Positions 9,282 to 18,298 of a DNA stretch of 32,423 nucleotides are shown piece by piece. Source of the DNA: an uncultured Phycisphaerales bacterium (GTDB lineage Bacteria > Planctomycetota > Phycisphaerae > Phycisphaerales > SM1A02); contig CALKEP010000046.1 in NCBI GenBank assembly GCA_938084645.1, positions 1 through 32,423 on the forward strand, given 5' to 3'. The position numbers and the translations under genes are program-made. The notes under the pieces are model-generated. The model did not search any database and was not told the DNA's origin. It saw only the letters and a list, made by a program, of their open reading frames with translations. Numbering within the stretch: the first letter of the stretch is position 1; every line of letters begins with the position of its first letter.

Positions 9282-10469
9282 TCATGCGCGGGGATCGTCG
9301 AGGAGATCCGCGAGTCCGTCGACCCAGCGTGGACAGTCCTCCACGGCCCGCACGACGTTCTCGAGGCGGCCGAGGCGCGGACTCGAGATCCGCACTCGAT
9401 CGCCGAGGCGATGGGTGAATCCGTCGCCGGGGACCGTGGTTCCGTCGGACCGCGGACGATCCCGGGTCGGGGCGAACATGGTCCCGAGGTAGAGGGCGAC
9501 GCCGTCGGGCCAGTCGTGTCCATCGAAGAGCTGGGCTGCGAGATCCAGGGGATCTCGACTGATCCTCGCCATCGAGCAGTCCTCGCGAAGGGTGAAACGA
9601 TCCTCGGCACCCTCCACCTCCAGCGTCACGGTCTCGTCGCGGACCGCGTCGAGATCGAAGTCGCCGCCGAGGTGTCGGTCGAAGAGTCGGATGAAGGGGC
9701 CGATGGCGGCGCTGCCGCGGTTGTCCTTCGCACGACCCAGCAGCAGGGCGCTGCGGCCCTCCCAGTCCCGGAGGTTCACGTCGTTGCCCAGGGTCGCGCC
9801 GACCACCCGCCCATCCGGGGCGCAGGCGAGGACCACTTCGGGTTCGGGGTTGTTCCAGACGCTGTCCGACCGGATCCCGACGGGCGCGCCGGTGCCCACC
9901 GCCGACATCGGGCTGGCCTTGGTGAAGATCTCCGCATCCGGGCCGAGGCCGACTTCGAGGTACGGACTCCACCGGCCCGCGGCGATCATCGCGTCTCGGA
10001 AGCGAAGCGCTTCGGGGGAACCGGGGCGGAGCGTCGCGACGTCATCACCGATCGAATCGAGAATCCGGGTGCGGACCGACGCGGCGAGCGACGCATCTCC
10101 GTGCGTGGCCTCCTCGATCACCCGTTCGAGCATGCTCTCGATGAAGGTCACCCCGGCCGCCTTGATCGGCTGGAGATCCACCGGGGCGAGCAGGTGCGGT
10201 TTCGACCGGTCGCCGATCGATTCGAGCGCGTCCGAGAGTCGGATCGACGAGGTGGTGTCCGCCGACGCCGATCGAACATCGCCCGCGGGATCGGGCTTGC
10301 GGAGCACGTGGGCGACGGTCCGTTCCCGCAGTTCGACCAGCGTGTCGCCGGCCACGCCGACCGGGATGCCGCGGCCGCGATTCGGACACCAGCATCGGCC
10401 GACGAGGACTCCGGGGTCGCCCGCGGGCAATGGGTCGGCGATGGACGTCTGGGACGACCGGTCAGTCAC
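9282..10469 (-). CDS. Fumarylacetoacetate hydrolase family protein, XylX (2-keto-3-deoxy-xylonate dehydratase)-like
   Basis: IKAAGVTF..SMLERVIEE, PYLEVGLGPDAEIFTKA, WNNPEPEVVL, GATLGNDVNLRDWEGRSALLLGRAKDN, LGTMFAPTRDR, GFTH. The GTG start at 10469 overlaps the end of the PSP1 gene. Confidence 0.88.
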   Translation of the reverse strand: MTDRSSQTSIADPLPAGDPGVLVGRCWCPNRGRGIPVGVAGDTLVELRERTVAHVLRKPDPAGDVRSASADTTSSIRLSDALESIGDRSKPHLLAPVDLQPIKAAGVTFIESMLERVIEEATHGDASLAASVRTRILDSIGDDVATLRPGSPEALRFRDAMIAAGRWSPYLEVGLGPDAEIFTKASPMSAVGTGAPVGIRSDSVWNNPEPEVVLACAPDGRVVGATLGNDVNLRDWEGRSALLLGRAKDNRGSAAIGPFIRLFDRHLGGDFDLDAVRDETVTLEVEGAEDRFTLREDCSMARISRDPLDLAAQLFDGHDWPDGVALYLGTMFAPTRDRPRSDGTTVPGDGFTHRLGDRVRISSPRLGRLENVVRAVEDCPRWVDGLADLLDDPRA

Positions 10470-11883
10470 CGCTGCCGCCGCCACCGGATTGCCCGTCACC
10501 GCCGCTCTGGCCGCCACTTCGACGTCGACGGCGTCGACGTCGCTTCTTTGGTGCACCGCCGCCGTCGCCGCCGTCACCGGCTTCAACGCCCGGCGTGGAC
10601 CGTGGGGCGCCGTCCCCCGGGGTTCCGGGGGCACCGCCGGGCGCCGCGGCCTCGCCGCCGTCGCCCGACTTTCGACGTCGGCGTCGACGACGCTTCTTCT
10701 TCGGTCCCGCGCCATCGCCCTCGCCCGCCGTCGGGTCGCCGATCTCGGGTCGCGGCGCAGTCGCGGTGCCTTCTTCGTTCTCCGAGATCGCCTTGTGTTC
10801 GGCCTGTCGATCGGACTTCGACTTGCGTCGACGTCGCTTCCGCTTCTTGTCGTCGGTCTGCTCCGCGACGTCGGTGCCGCCGAGCCCGCGGAACGGATCC
10901 GGTTCCGGCGCCTTCACGGGGCAGTCGTCCGGATCACAGAGATCCTCGACCGGAACCGCGATCTCGCGGCCGTCCTCCTCCAGCCGTACCAGGACCAGCT
11001 GCACGAGGATCTTGCTGTCGAGCACGATGCCCGGGCCTTCCGGGGTGCCGACGCGGGTCTTCCGGTGCGGGAGTCGTTTCTTCAGATCGTCGTAGGTCTC
11101 GTCCTCGTACCGGAGGCAGCACATCAGTCGTCCGCATCGACCGGAGATCTTCAGGGGATCGAGCGTCGCCTTCTGGACCTTGGCGGATCGCATCGAGACC
11201 GGCTTGAGGACCTTCAGGAAGTTCTTGCAGCAGCAGTGCTGGCCGCACTTCTCGTAGTCGGCGACCAGTCGCGCCTCGTCCCGGCCACCGACCTGCCGCA
11301 TCTCGATCCGGGTTCCGAATTCCGTGGCGAGGTCCTTGAGCAGGAGTCGGAAGTCGACTCGGTCCTCGCTCATGTAGTAGACCGAAAGCTGTTCCTCGCC
11401 GAGGATCGGTTCGACGTCCACGACCTGCATGTCGAGGGCGTGTTCCTCGACCATCCGCTTGACGGTCTTGACCTTCTCCAGCGCGGTCGACTTGATCGCG
11501 GACCAGTCGTTGAGGTCCTCGATCGTCGCCACCCGCAGGATGCGTCCGTCGGTGCGGAACGGGTAGTCCTTGCCGCCCGAGGCCTTGATGTAGTCGAGCA
11601 TCTCCGACCTCGAGACCGCCTTGCCGCAGCCGGCGTTCGGGCAGGTGGTGGTCAGCATCTCGACCAGCTCGGTCCCCCGGTGGGTCTTCGCCACCAGTTT
11701 CGAGCCGCAGCCGGGCTTGGCATCCCCCGAGTAGGGATACTCCGCGACGCGCCGCATCGCCCCCACCCGGACCACGATGGTGGAAGGTGACTCGAGGCGG
11801 GCGTACTGCTCTGCATCGGACATCGCGTCCCGGCGGGCGGGATCGGCGTCCTCTTCAAAGACGGGCAGGGGAAAGATGGACAT
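10462..11883 (-). CDS. PSP1-domain protein (RicT/YaaT-like, Cys-rich Fe-S motifs) with long basic low-complexity tail
   Basis: RVDFRLLLKDLA, RIEMRQVGGRDEA, CGQHCCC, SMRSAKVQ, KISGRCGRLMCCLRYE. Confidence 0.92.
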   Translation of the reverse strand: MSIFPLPVFEEDADPARRDAMSDAEQYARLESPSTIVVRVGAMRRVAEYPYSGDAKPGCGSKLVAKTHRGTELVEMLTTTCPNAGCGKAVSRSEMLDYIKASGGKDYPFRTDGRILRVATIEDLNDWSAIKSTALEKVKTVKRMVEEHALDMQVVDVEPILGEEQLSVYYMSEDRVDFRLLLKDLATEFGTRIEMRQVGGRDEARLVADYEKCGQHCCCKNFLKVLKPVSMRSAKVQKATLDPLKISGRCGRLMCCLRYEDETYDDLKKRLPHRKTRVGTPEGPGIVLDSKILVQLVLVRLEEDGREIAVPVEDLCDPDDCPVKAPEPDPFRGLGGTDVAEQTDDKKRKRRRRKSKSDRQAEHKAISENEEGTATAPRPEIGDPTAGEGDGAGPKKKRRRRRRRKSGDGGEAAAPGGAPGTPGDGAPRSTPGVEAGDGGDGGGAPKKRRRRRRRRSGGQSGGDGQSGGGGSGD

Positions 11884-11969
11884 GGTGAACGCGTCTCGAA
11901 AGTTGATACATCCACCACCCCGACGGCTTCGGAACGAGTCGTCGTACTTCGGTCTGGGGTCGGGGATGT

Positions 11970-12008
11970 CGTCGAGCGGGGTTTTCGGCCCCGAAACGCC
12001 GCTCGACG
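11970..12008. other. Strong GC hairpin in the der-PSP1 intergenic region
   Basis: CGTCGAGCGG...CCGCTCGACG outer stem with an inner TTTCGG/CCGAAA pairing. Confidence 0.6.
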
Positions 12009-12106
12009 GGCGGATCGGGTGGTAACGCGTTCGAACCTCGATCGTACCGGATGAGGGCGGCCGATGCCCCTTCCATCTCCCGAACTCCTGACGGATCGAT
12101 CGGCGA

Positions 12107-13597
12107 TCAGATGACGTCGTCGCCTTCGGCGGGGAGGTCGACGATCTCGAGGCCGTCGCCCTCGTGTTCGGCCTTCTTGCCTTCCCGGTGCGCCCCGCCC
12201 TTCAGTTCGGACAGGCCGAGGCGTCGGCGCTCGCTGAAGATCAGTCGGATCGGCACCTCGCTGTACGGCAGCTCCTCGTGGAGGCGGTTCAGGATGTACC
12301 GCTCGTACCCACCCTTGAAGAGGTCGGGCTTGTTCACCACCAGCACGATCGTGGGCGGATGGACCGCGACCTGGCTGACGTAGAGGATCTTGGCCCGGGT
12401 GCCGAGTCGCGAACTGGGGCCGCGACGATCGAGGATCTCCTTGAACACCGCGTTGAGCCGCCCGGTCGATTCCCGGTGGCTCGCCTGCTCGAACAGGTTC
12501 AGCGCCATCCGCAGGGCCGGTCGGACGCCCTCGGCCTCGGTCGCGGTCATGCGGATGATGGGGGCGTAGGCCAGTCCCGGAAGTTCCTGCTCGAGATACT
12601 CGAGGTAGTCCTCGAGGACGAGATCCTCCTTGGTGAGATCCCACTTGTTGAGGATGATCGCGACCGGCTTGAAGCGGTCCACGATCTCCTTCGCGAGCTT
12701 CTTCTCGACCTGGCTGATCGGTTCGGTCGCGTCGATCATCATGAAGACGACGTTCGCCCGGTCGATCGAATCGATGGTGCGCTGGTGCGAGTACGCCTCG
12801 ATCTGGTCGGACCAGCTCTTCTTCTTCCGGATGCCCGCGGTGTCGATGACGGTCAGGCTCCGGGGGCCGATGTCCACCCGGACGTCGACCGCGTCGCGGG
12901 TGGTGCCGGCGATCTCGCTCGCGATCACCCGTTCGTCGCCCACCATCGCGTTGACCAGCGTGCTCTTTCCCGCGTTTCGACGGCCGACGATCGCAAGCTT
13001 GATCTCGGGGTCGGAGTGGCTCGCCGACGCGGGGTCGATTCGACTCCAGAGTTGCTCGAAGAAGTTGCGCTTGCGGTAACCCGACTTCGCGCTGATGACC
13101 ACGGGGATGTCGAAGCCGAGCGCCGCGAACTCCATGGCGTGGGGTTCCCAGGTGTCGCTGTCGACCTTGTTCGCCACCACCAGCACCTTGTCGGCGCGGC
13201 CCGCGGTCCGGAGCATCCCGGCGATCGTCTCGTCGAGGCGGGTCGGGCCGGCCTGGGCGTCGACGACGAAGAGGATCAGGTCGCTCTCCTCGGCCGCCCG
13301 CTCGATCTGCGCTTCGATGTCCCCGGTCAGCGTCGCGAGGTCCTCGCCGACGTCGTCGTAGCGGCGACCTTCCGCGGTGTAGACCCCGAAGCCGCCGGTG
13401 TCGACGATCTCCGCGTAGCGCGAGACGCCGTCCTCGAGTTCCGCCGGTGGTCGGATCTCGACGATCCGGGTCACGCGGTCCCGAGTGACGCCCGGCGTCG
13501 GGTCGACGATGGAGACGCGGGCGCCGGCGAGGCGGTTGAACAGACTCGACTTGCCGACATTCGGTCGGCCGACGATGGCGATGCGGGGAAGTGACAT
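12107..13597 (-). CDS. der: Ribosome biogenesis GTPase Der (EngA)
   Basis: Two G domains: GRPNVGKSS..PGVTRDR..DTGG..NKVD and GRRNAGKS..AGTTRD..DTAGIRK..NKWD. KH-like C-terminus HPPT..YERY..VPIRL. Start ATG 13597. Confidence 0.97.
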   Translation of the reverse strand: MSLPRIAIVGRPNVGKSSLFNRLAGARVSIVDPTPGVTRDRVTRIVEIRPPAELEDGVSRYAEIVDTGGFGVYTAEGRRYDDVGEDLATLTGDIEAQIERAAEESDLILFVVDAQAGPTRLDETIAGMLRTAGRADKVLVVANKVDSDTWEPHAMEFAALGFDIPVVISAKSGYRKRNFFEQLWSRIDPASASHSDPEIKLAIVGRRNAGKSTLVNAMVGDERVIASEIAGTTRDAVDVRVDIGPRSLTVIDTAGIRKKKSWSDQIEAYSHQRTIDSIDRANVVFMMIDATEPISQVEKKLAKEIVDRFKPVAIILNKWDLTKEDLVLEDYLEYLEQELPGLAYAPIIRMTATEAEGVRPALRMALNLFEQASHRESTGRLNAVFKEILDRRGPSSRLGTRAKILYVSQVAVHPPTIVLVVNKPDLFKGGYERYILNRLHEELPYSEVPIRLIFSERRRLGLSELKGGAHREGKKAEHEGDGLEIVDLPAEGDDVI

Positions 13598-13671
13598 GGG
13601 AGGAGGAGTGTATCCGCGGACCGTGCGGAGGCCCCGATCAGGGGGGCCGGGTCGGACGGTCCGGATACCGA

Positions 13672-14439
13672 TCAGGAACGGGTCGCGACCATCAGGGCGT
13701 CGTTTCGAGACACGCCTTCGTCGTATTCGACGTCCTCGGTCCGGACCCGGAAACCGAGGTTTTCGAGTCGATCCCGCACCGGGGCCGCCCACGGGTGCGG
13801 GCCACCCGCCTCCGAGGTCATGGTCACCGCGGGGAAGAGCCGGACCTCGTGTCGTGCGACCCGGGCGAGTTCATCGACCGCCGTCAGATGGAAATCGAGA
13901 TCCAGCGACGCCCGGGCCTCGACCAGGCCGCCGTCTTCGACGCTCGCGTAGGAGAAGAGCAGGTGGCCGCTCAGGACCAGATCGAAGGACCGATCCTCGA
14001 AGGGCAGATCGGGAAGCGCACCGGGGATGTACCGACCGTCCGGGTCCGCACCATCGGGACCATGGCGTCGAAGGTCCTTGAGGAACGCCGCGAGCGCTCG
14101 TCGCTTGTCGCGTTCCCACGCCGCGGGATCCTCGCTCGCGAGTCCGGCGTCGCTCGCCGCGATGGCCGCCATCGTGTCGACGATGTCGTCGACGCCTCGT
14201 CGCTCGATCTCGTCCACGGGCAGCGCGAGCATCGGGTCGATGCCGGTCGCCTGAACCCCGGCCTCGCGGCAGCCGGCGATGAAGTTCGCAGGGCCGCACG
14301 GACAGTCGAGGATCGTCCGACCCGCGAGCTCGGTGATCGAGATGTTCCACATCCCCGCGTACTCCTCCGTGGTGCGGCCGAAGAAGACGATTCGGGGAAG
14401 TTCGAGTCGAGGCATGCGGGCGGGCTCGTTTCCGGTCAT
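13672..14439 (-). CDS. Class I SAM-dependent methyltransferase
   Basis: FFGRT..EY, motif I ILDCPCGPANF, LPDLPFEDRSFDLVLSGHLLF, ELARVA..EVRLFP. ATGA overlap with the upstream HD gene. Confidence 0.85.
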   Translation of the reverse strand: MTGNEPARMPRLELPRIVFFGRTTEEYAGMWNISITELAGRTILDCPCGPANFIAGCREAGVQATGIDPMLALPVDEIERRGVDDIVDTMAAIAASDAGLASEDPAAWERDKRRALAAFLKDLRRHGPDGADPDGRYIPGALPDLPFEDRSFDLVLSGHLLFSYASVEDGGLVEARASLDLDFHLTAVDELARVARHEVRLFPAVTMTSEAGGPHPWAAPVRDRLENLGFRVRTEDVEYDEGVSRNDALMVATRS

Positions 14440-14999
14440 TCACCCGGCGTCGGGAGCACGCGATCCGCGGCCCCGCCGATCGCGGCGATGCATCGCTCGA
14501 TGTGTTCGGTGGGATCGACGCCCAGCTCCTCCATCCCGACCCGGACGTCGTCCCGGCTCACCGCGGCCGCGAACGCCTTGTCCTTGAGCTTCTTCTTCAC
14601 GCTCTTGGGCTTGAGATCCTCGAAGCCGTTCGGCCGGACCCGGGCCACCGCGACGATGAAGCCCGCGAGTTCGTCGCAGGCGAAGAGATGCTTCGCCATC
14701 GGGGTGTCTCGGACGACGCCGCTGGTGTTCACGTGCCCGAGGATCGCCTGCAGGACGGAATCCTCGACCCCGAGTCCCCGCAGGTGTTCGACCCCGACGT
14801 ACGGATGCTCCGCCTCGGTGGGATGTCGTTCGTAGTCGAAGTCGTGAAGCAGGCCGGCCACCGTCCACGCGTCGACCTCGTCGGGCGCGTGCAGGCGGGC
14901 GTGATGGGTCATGCAGGCGGCGACCGCCTCCATGTGGCCTCGGAGGGACGGGCTTTCGACCCACTCGTGCATCAGCGATCGGGCTTCGTCGGGCGTCAT
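14436..14999 (-). CDS. HD/HDIG-domain metal-dependent phosphohydrolase
   Basis: LRGHMEAV, AGLLHDFDYE, AILGH, LFACDELAGF, KSVKKKLKDKAFAAAVSR. Confidence 0.92.
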   Translation of the reverse strand: MTPDEARSLMHEWVESPSLRGHMEAVAACMTHHARLHAPDEVDAWTVAGLLHDFDYERHPTEAEHPYVGVEHLRGLGVEDSVLQAILGHVNTSGVVRDTPMAKHLFACDELAGFIVAVARVRPNGFEDLKPKSVKKKLKDKAFAAAVSRDDVRVGMEELGVDPTEHIERCIAAIGGAADRVLPTPGE

Positions 15000-15009
15000 G
15001 GTCCCGAGT

Positions 15010-15627
15010 CTACGCGGGTTTCGAGCTCCCGACCCGCGTCTCGCCCCCGTCGCCGGTCGGGGTCGCGGCGTGGGCCGTCATGGCGCGTCGCACCTGCCGG
15101 ACGCGGGTCGCGCGATCGCCGCGAACCCGCACCACCGGGGCGCGGGTGATGCCACGATCCGGAAGCAGCAGGTCCTCGAGAATCGAATGCACCCGTCGGC
15201 GATTCGACGCGTCGAGATAGCGGAAGCCGTCGGGCTGGTTTCCGACGTCGCGTTCGATCGGCACGAAGACGACGAGGTCCGCATGGCCGAGGGCTTCGAT
15301 GACGCGTGGTTCGATCTCGGCGAGGAACGCCGGATCGATCTCGCCGCCGATCTCCATCGAGAGGATGGAGTGGGCGTGGGCGTCGAGGGGCGAGCGATCG
15401 AAGAGCACCCGGTCGCCGGGCGCCGTTGCGAGCAGTCTGGACCGGCCATGGTCCACGAGGGCACGCTCCGCGGCCCGGGTCGGGATCGACGGCGGCGGCT
15501 GCCCGGTCCTCCTCGCCACGGCACGGATCGGCTCCTCCTCGATCCGGTACTCCGGGCACGCCGCCTGGAGGTCCTCGATCAGGGTGGTCTTGCCGACCGA
15601 CTGGGTTCCCGCGAAGACGATCCGCAT
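15010..15627 (-). CDS. AAA_28-type P-loop NTPase / nucleotide-kinase-like protein
   Basis: MRIVFAGTQSVGKTTL Walker A, IEEEPIR, LFDRSPLD. Start ATG 15627, just downstream of gpmI. Confidence 0.8.
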   Translation of the reverse strand: MRIVFAGTQSVGKTTLIEDLQAACPEYRIEEEPIRAVARRTGQPPPSIPTRAAERALVDHGRSRLLATAPGDRVLFDRSPLDAHAHSILSMEIGGEIDPAFLAEIEPRVIEALGHADLVVFVPIERDVGNQPDGFRYLDASNRRRVHSILEDLLLPDRGITRAPVVRVRGDRATRVRQVRRAMTAHAATPTGDGGETRVGSSKPA

Positions 15628-15635
15628 GAGTGGTC

Positions 15636-17279
15636 TCAGTCGAGCAGGTTCCGACCGGTCATCGCATCCGGTCGGGGGATGCCCAGCATCGCGAGCAGGG
15701 TCGGGGCGATGTCGGCGAGTCGGCCGTCTTCCGGCAGCGTCGCGTCGCGCCACGCGTCGCCGACCACGTGCAGCGGAACGTCGAAGTTCGTGTGGGCGGT
15801 CTGCGGGCAGTCGGCCTCGACGTTCCACATCTGTTCGGCATTGCCGTGATCCGCGGTGATGATCAGGGCGCCACCGCGAGCGAGGGTCGCGTCGATGATC
15901 CGGCCGACGCAGGCGTCCACCTTTTCGCACGCCGCGACCGCAGCCTCCATCGATCCGGTGTGACCGACCATGTCCCCGTTGGCGAAATTGACCACGATGA
16001 GTCGTTCGCAGTCGTCGGCGGCGAGCCGTTCGAGCACCGCTTCCATCACGCCGTCTGCGCTCATCTCGGGTTTCTGATCGTAGGTGGAGACGTCGGTGGG
16101 GCTCGGCACGATCGCGCGTCGCTCGCCGGGGAAGGGCTCTTCGCGGTAGTCGTTGAAGAAGAAGGTCACGTGGGGGAACTTCTCGGTCTCGGCGCAGCGG
16201 AACTGGGTGAGTCCGGCATCCGACACCACCGCGCCGAGGATCCCCTCCATGCGGGGGGGCTTCTCGAACATCACTTCGACGGGAAGTCCGGACTCGTACC
16301 GGGTCATGGCGGTGAATCGAAGATCGCGAAGTCGGGCACCGCGGTCGAATCCGCCGCGCTCCACCGCGGCCCAGGCGTCGTCGTCGAGCGTGAAGGCCTT
16401 GGTGATCTCCCGGGGTCGGTCGCCTCGGAAGTTGAAGAAGACGACCGAGTCGCCGTCGCGGATCCGACTCTCGAGGACGTCGGCGTCGTCGGCTCCGATC
16501 TGGGAGGGCGTGACGAATTCATCACCGTGTCGGGAGGCCTCGCTCGGTTCGGCGTAGTACGCCTCCGCGGCGGCGGCCGCGGTGTCGTGGCGGGGTCCGC
16601 TTCGTTCGGTGAGGCAGCGATACGCGGCCTCGACCCGTTCCCAACGATGATCACGGTCCATCGCGTAGAAGCGTCCCATCACCGACACCACCCGTCCGGT
16701 CCCGTGGGACTCGATCCCGCGCTGGAGTTCGGCGAGGTAGCCGATCCCGCCGGTCGGCGGCGTGTCGCGTCCGTCGGTGATCGCGTGGATCAGCACGCGG
16801 TCGCCGGGGAAGCCGCGACGCTTCGCGGCGTCGAGCAGCGCGACCAGATGTCCGAGATCGCTGTGGACCAGTCCGTCGCTCACCAGTCCGAGCAGGTGCA
16901 CCCGCCCGCCCGTCTCCGCGGCATGGGCGAAGGCGTCGAGCAGGGCGGCGTTCTCGAAGAACTCGCCGGACCGGATCGACCGGGTGATCCGCATCAGCTC
17001 CTGGTCGACGATCCGGCCGGCGCCGATGTTCTGGTGGCCGACCTCGGAATTCCCCATCACCGGACCGTCGGCGCCGATCGGAAGTCCGACGTCTTCGCCG
17101 CTGGTCCGGACCAGGGTGGTCGGCCAGTTTGCTTCCAGATCGTCGGCGACGGGGGTGTTCGCCTTGCGAATCGCGTCGAAGGCGGCTTCAGCGGGGTGGG
17201 GGTTTCTTCCCCATCCGTCTCGGATCACGAGAACGGCGGGGGGATGCGGGGACGAGGGCGTCTCGGTCTTCGGGCTCAT
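15636..17279 (-). CDS. gpmI: 2,3-bisphosphoglycerate-independent phosphoglycerate mutase
   Basis: IRDGWG, MGNSEVGHQNIGAGR, DGRDT, GRFYAMDRD, NFRGDR, AETEKFPHVTFFFN, NFANGDMVGHTG, TADHGNAE. Confidence 0.97.
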   Translation of the reverse strand: MSPKTETPSSPHPPAVLVIRDGWGRNPHPAEAAFDAIRKANTPVADDLEANWPTTLVRTSGEDVGLPIGADGPVMGNSEVGHQNIGAGRIVDQELMRITRSIRSGEFFENAALLDAFAHAAETGGRVHLLGLVSDGLVHSDLGHLVALLDAAKRRGFPGDRVLIHAITDGRDTPPTGGIGYLAELQRGIESHGTGRVVSVMGRFYAMDRDHRWERVEAAYRCLTERSGPRHDTAAAAAEAYYAEPSEASRHGDEFVTPSQIGADDADVLESRIRDGDSVVFFNFRGDRPREITKAFTLDDDAWAAVERGGFDRGARLRDLRFTAMTRYESGLPVEVMFEKPPRMEGILGAVVSDAGLTQFRCAETEKFPHVTFFFNDYREEPFPGERRAIVPSPTDVSTYDQKPEMSADGVMEAVLERLAADDCERLIVVNFANGDMVGHTGSMEAAVAACEKVDACVGRIIDATLARGGALIITADHGNAEQMWNVEADCPQTAHTNFDVPLHVVGDAWRDATLPEDGRLADIAPTLLAMLGIPRPDAMTGRNLLD

Positions 17280-17386
17280 TCCGAGAGCGTAGCCCGCCGA
17301 CGTCCGGTCCGTGCGAGGGCTCCGTGGAGTCCGGGCTCGGGGTTCCCCGGTTGCGGGATGGAGTCCGCGACGGATACCCTTCATGG

Positions 17387-18205
17387 ATGCCGACCGACGC
17401 CGCTTCCCGCACCGAGCACGCCCCCATGCTGAAGGACCGCTACGAGTCCGTGTTGCAGCGGGTCGGTGAAGCCGCCCGAAGATCCGGTCGCCGTCCCGAG
17501 GAGATCGTGACCGTGGCGGTCACCAAGAACGCCTCGATGGACGTGGTCCGCGAACTCTTCGACCTCGGCCATCGGCACTTCGGCGAGAACCGGGTCCAGC
17601 AGCTCGCGGCCCGGGCCGCCCAGATCGACGAGTACCGCGACCGGATCCGGGAGCACCCCGGGGCCAGTGGTCGCGAGACGCCGGATCGCCCGAACTGGCA
17701 CATGGTGGGATCGCTGCAACGGAACAAGGTTCGGAAGGCGATCGAGAACGCACGACTGATCCATTCCCTGGACAGCCTGCGACTCGCCGAGGAGATCCAG
17801 TCCCAGTCCGCGAAGCGGGATCGAGTGACCGAGGTCCTGATCGAGGTCAACTTCGGCGAGGAACAGAAGGCCGGGATCGCCGCGCCGGCGGTTCGGCATC
17901 TCGTCGACCAGATGGGATCGATGATGAACGTCCGGGTCCGCGGCCTGATGTGCATGGCCCCGAACACCGAGGACGAGGCCCTGATCCGGAACACCTTCGA
18001 CCGATGTCGAGAGGTGTTCGAGGACGTCCGGAAGTTCATCCGGGAGTCCGACCGCATCGACGTGCTTTCCATGGGCATGAGCAACGACTTCGAGATGGCG
18101 ATCGAGTGCGGGGCGAACCTGGTGCGCGTCGGCAACGCGATCGTCGGTGATCCCGTCGTGGAGAGCGGCGACGACGAGCCCGCGCCCGAAGACGACTCCG
18201 CCTGA
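17387..18205 (+). CDS. yggS: Pyridoxal phosphate homeostasis protein YggS/PLPBP
   Basis: VAVTK (PLP lysine), FGENRVQ, WHMVGSLQRNKVR, GLMCMAP, LSMGMSNDFEMAIECGANLVRVG. Confidence 0.95.
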   Translation: MPTDAASRTEHAPMLKDRYESVLQRVGEAARRSGRRPEEIVTVAVTKNASMDVVRELFDLGHRHFGENRVQQLAARAAQIDEYRDRIREHPGASGRETPDRPNWHMVGSLQRNKVRKAIENARLIHSLDSLRLAEEIQSQSAKRDRVTEVLIEVNFGEEQKAGIAAPAVRHLVDQMGSMMNVRVRGLMCMAPNTEDEALIRNTFDRCREVFEDVRKFIRESDRIDVLSMGMSNDFEMAIECGANLVRVGNAIVGDPVVESGDDEPAPEDDSA

Positions 18206-18242
18206 CCGGCATCGGCACGAACATCCCCGGGGTCGACGAAAC

Positions 18243-18277
18243 GACAGGGGCGGGACCATCGCGGTCCCGCCCCTGTC
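18243..18277. terminator. Hairpin between convergent yggS and DUF481 genes
   Basis: Perfect 15-bp stem GACAGGGGCGGGACC-atcgc-GGTCCCGCCCCTGTC. Confidence 0.75.
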
Positions 18278-18298
18278 CGTTCGATCGTCGGCGTTCGT

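Noticed and set aside
10470..10850. CGACGTCG/GCCGCC low-complexity repeats as a possible mobile or VNTR element
   Set aside because: They are explained by codons for the poly-Arg and Gly tracts of the PSP1 protein tail.
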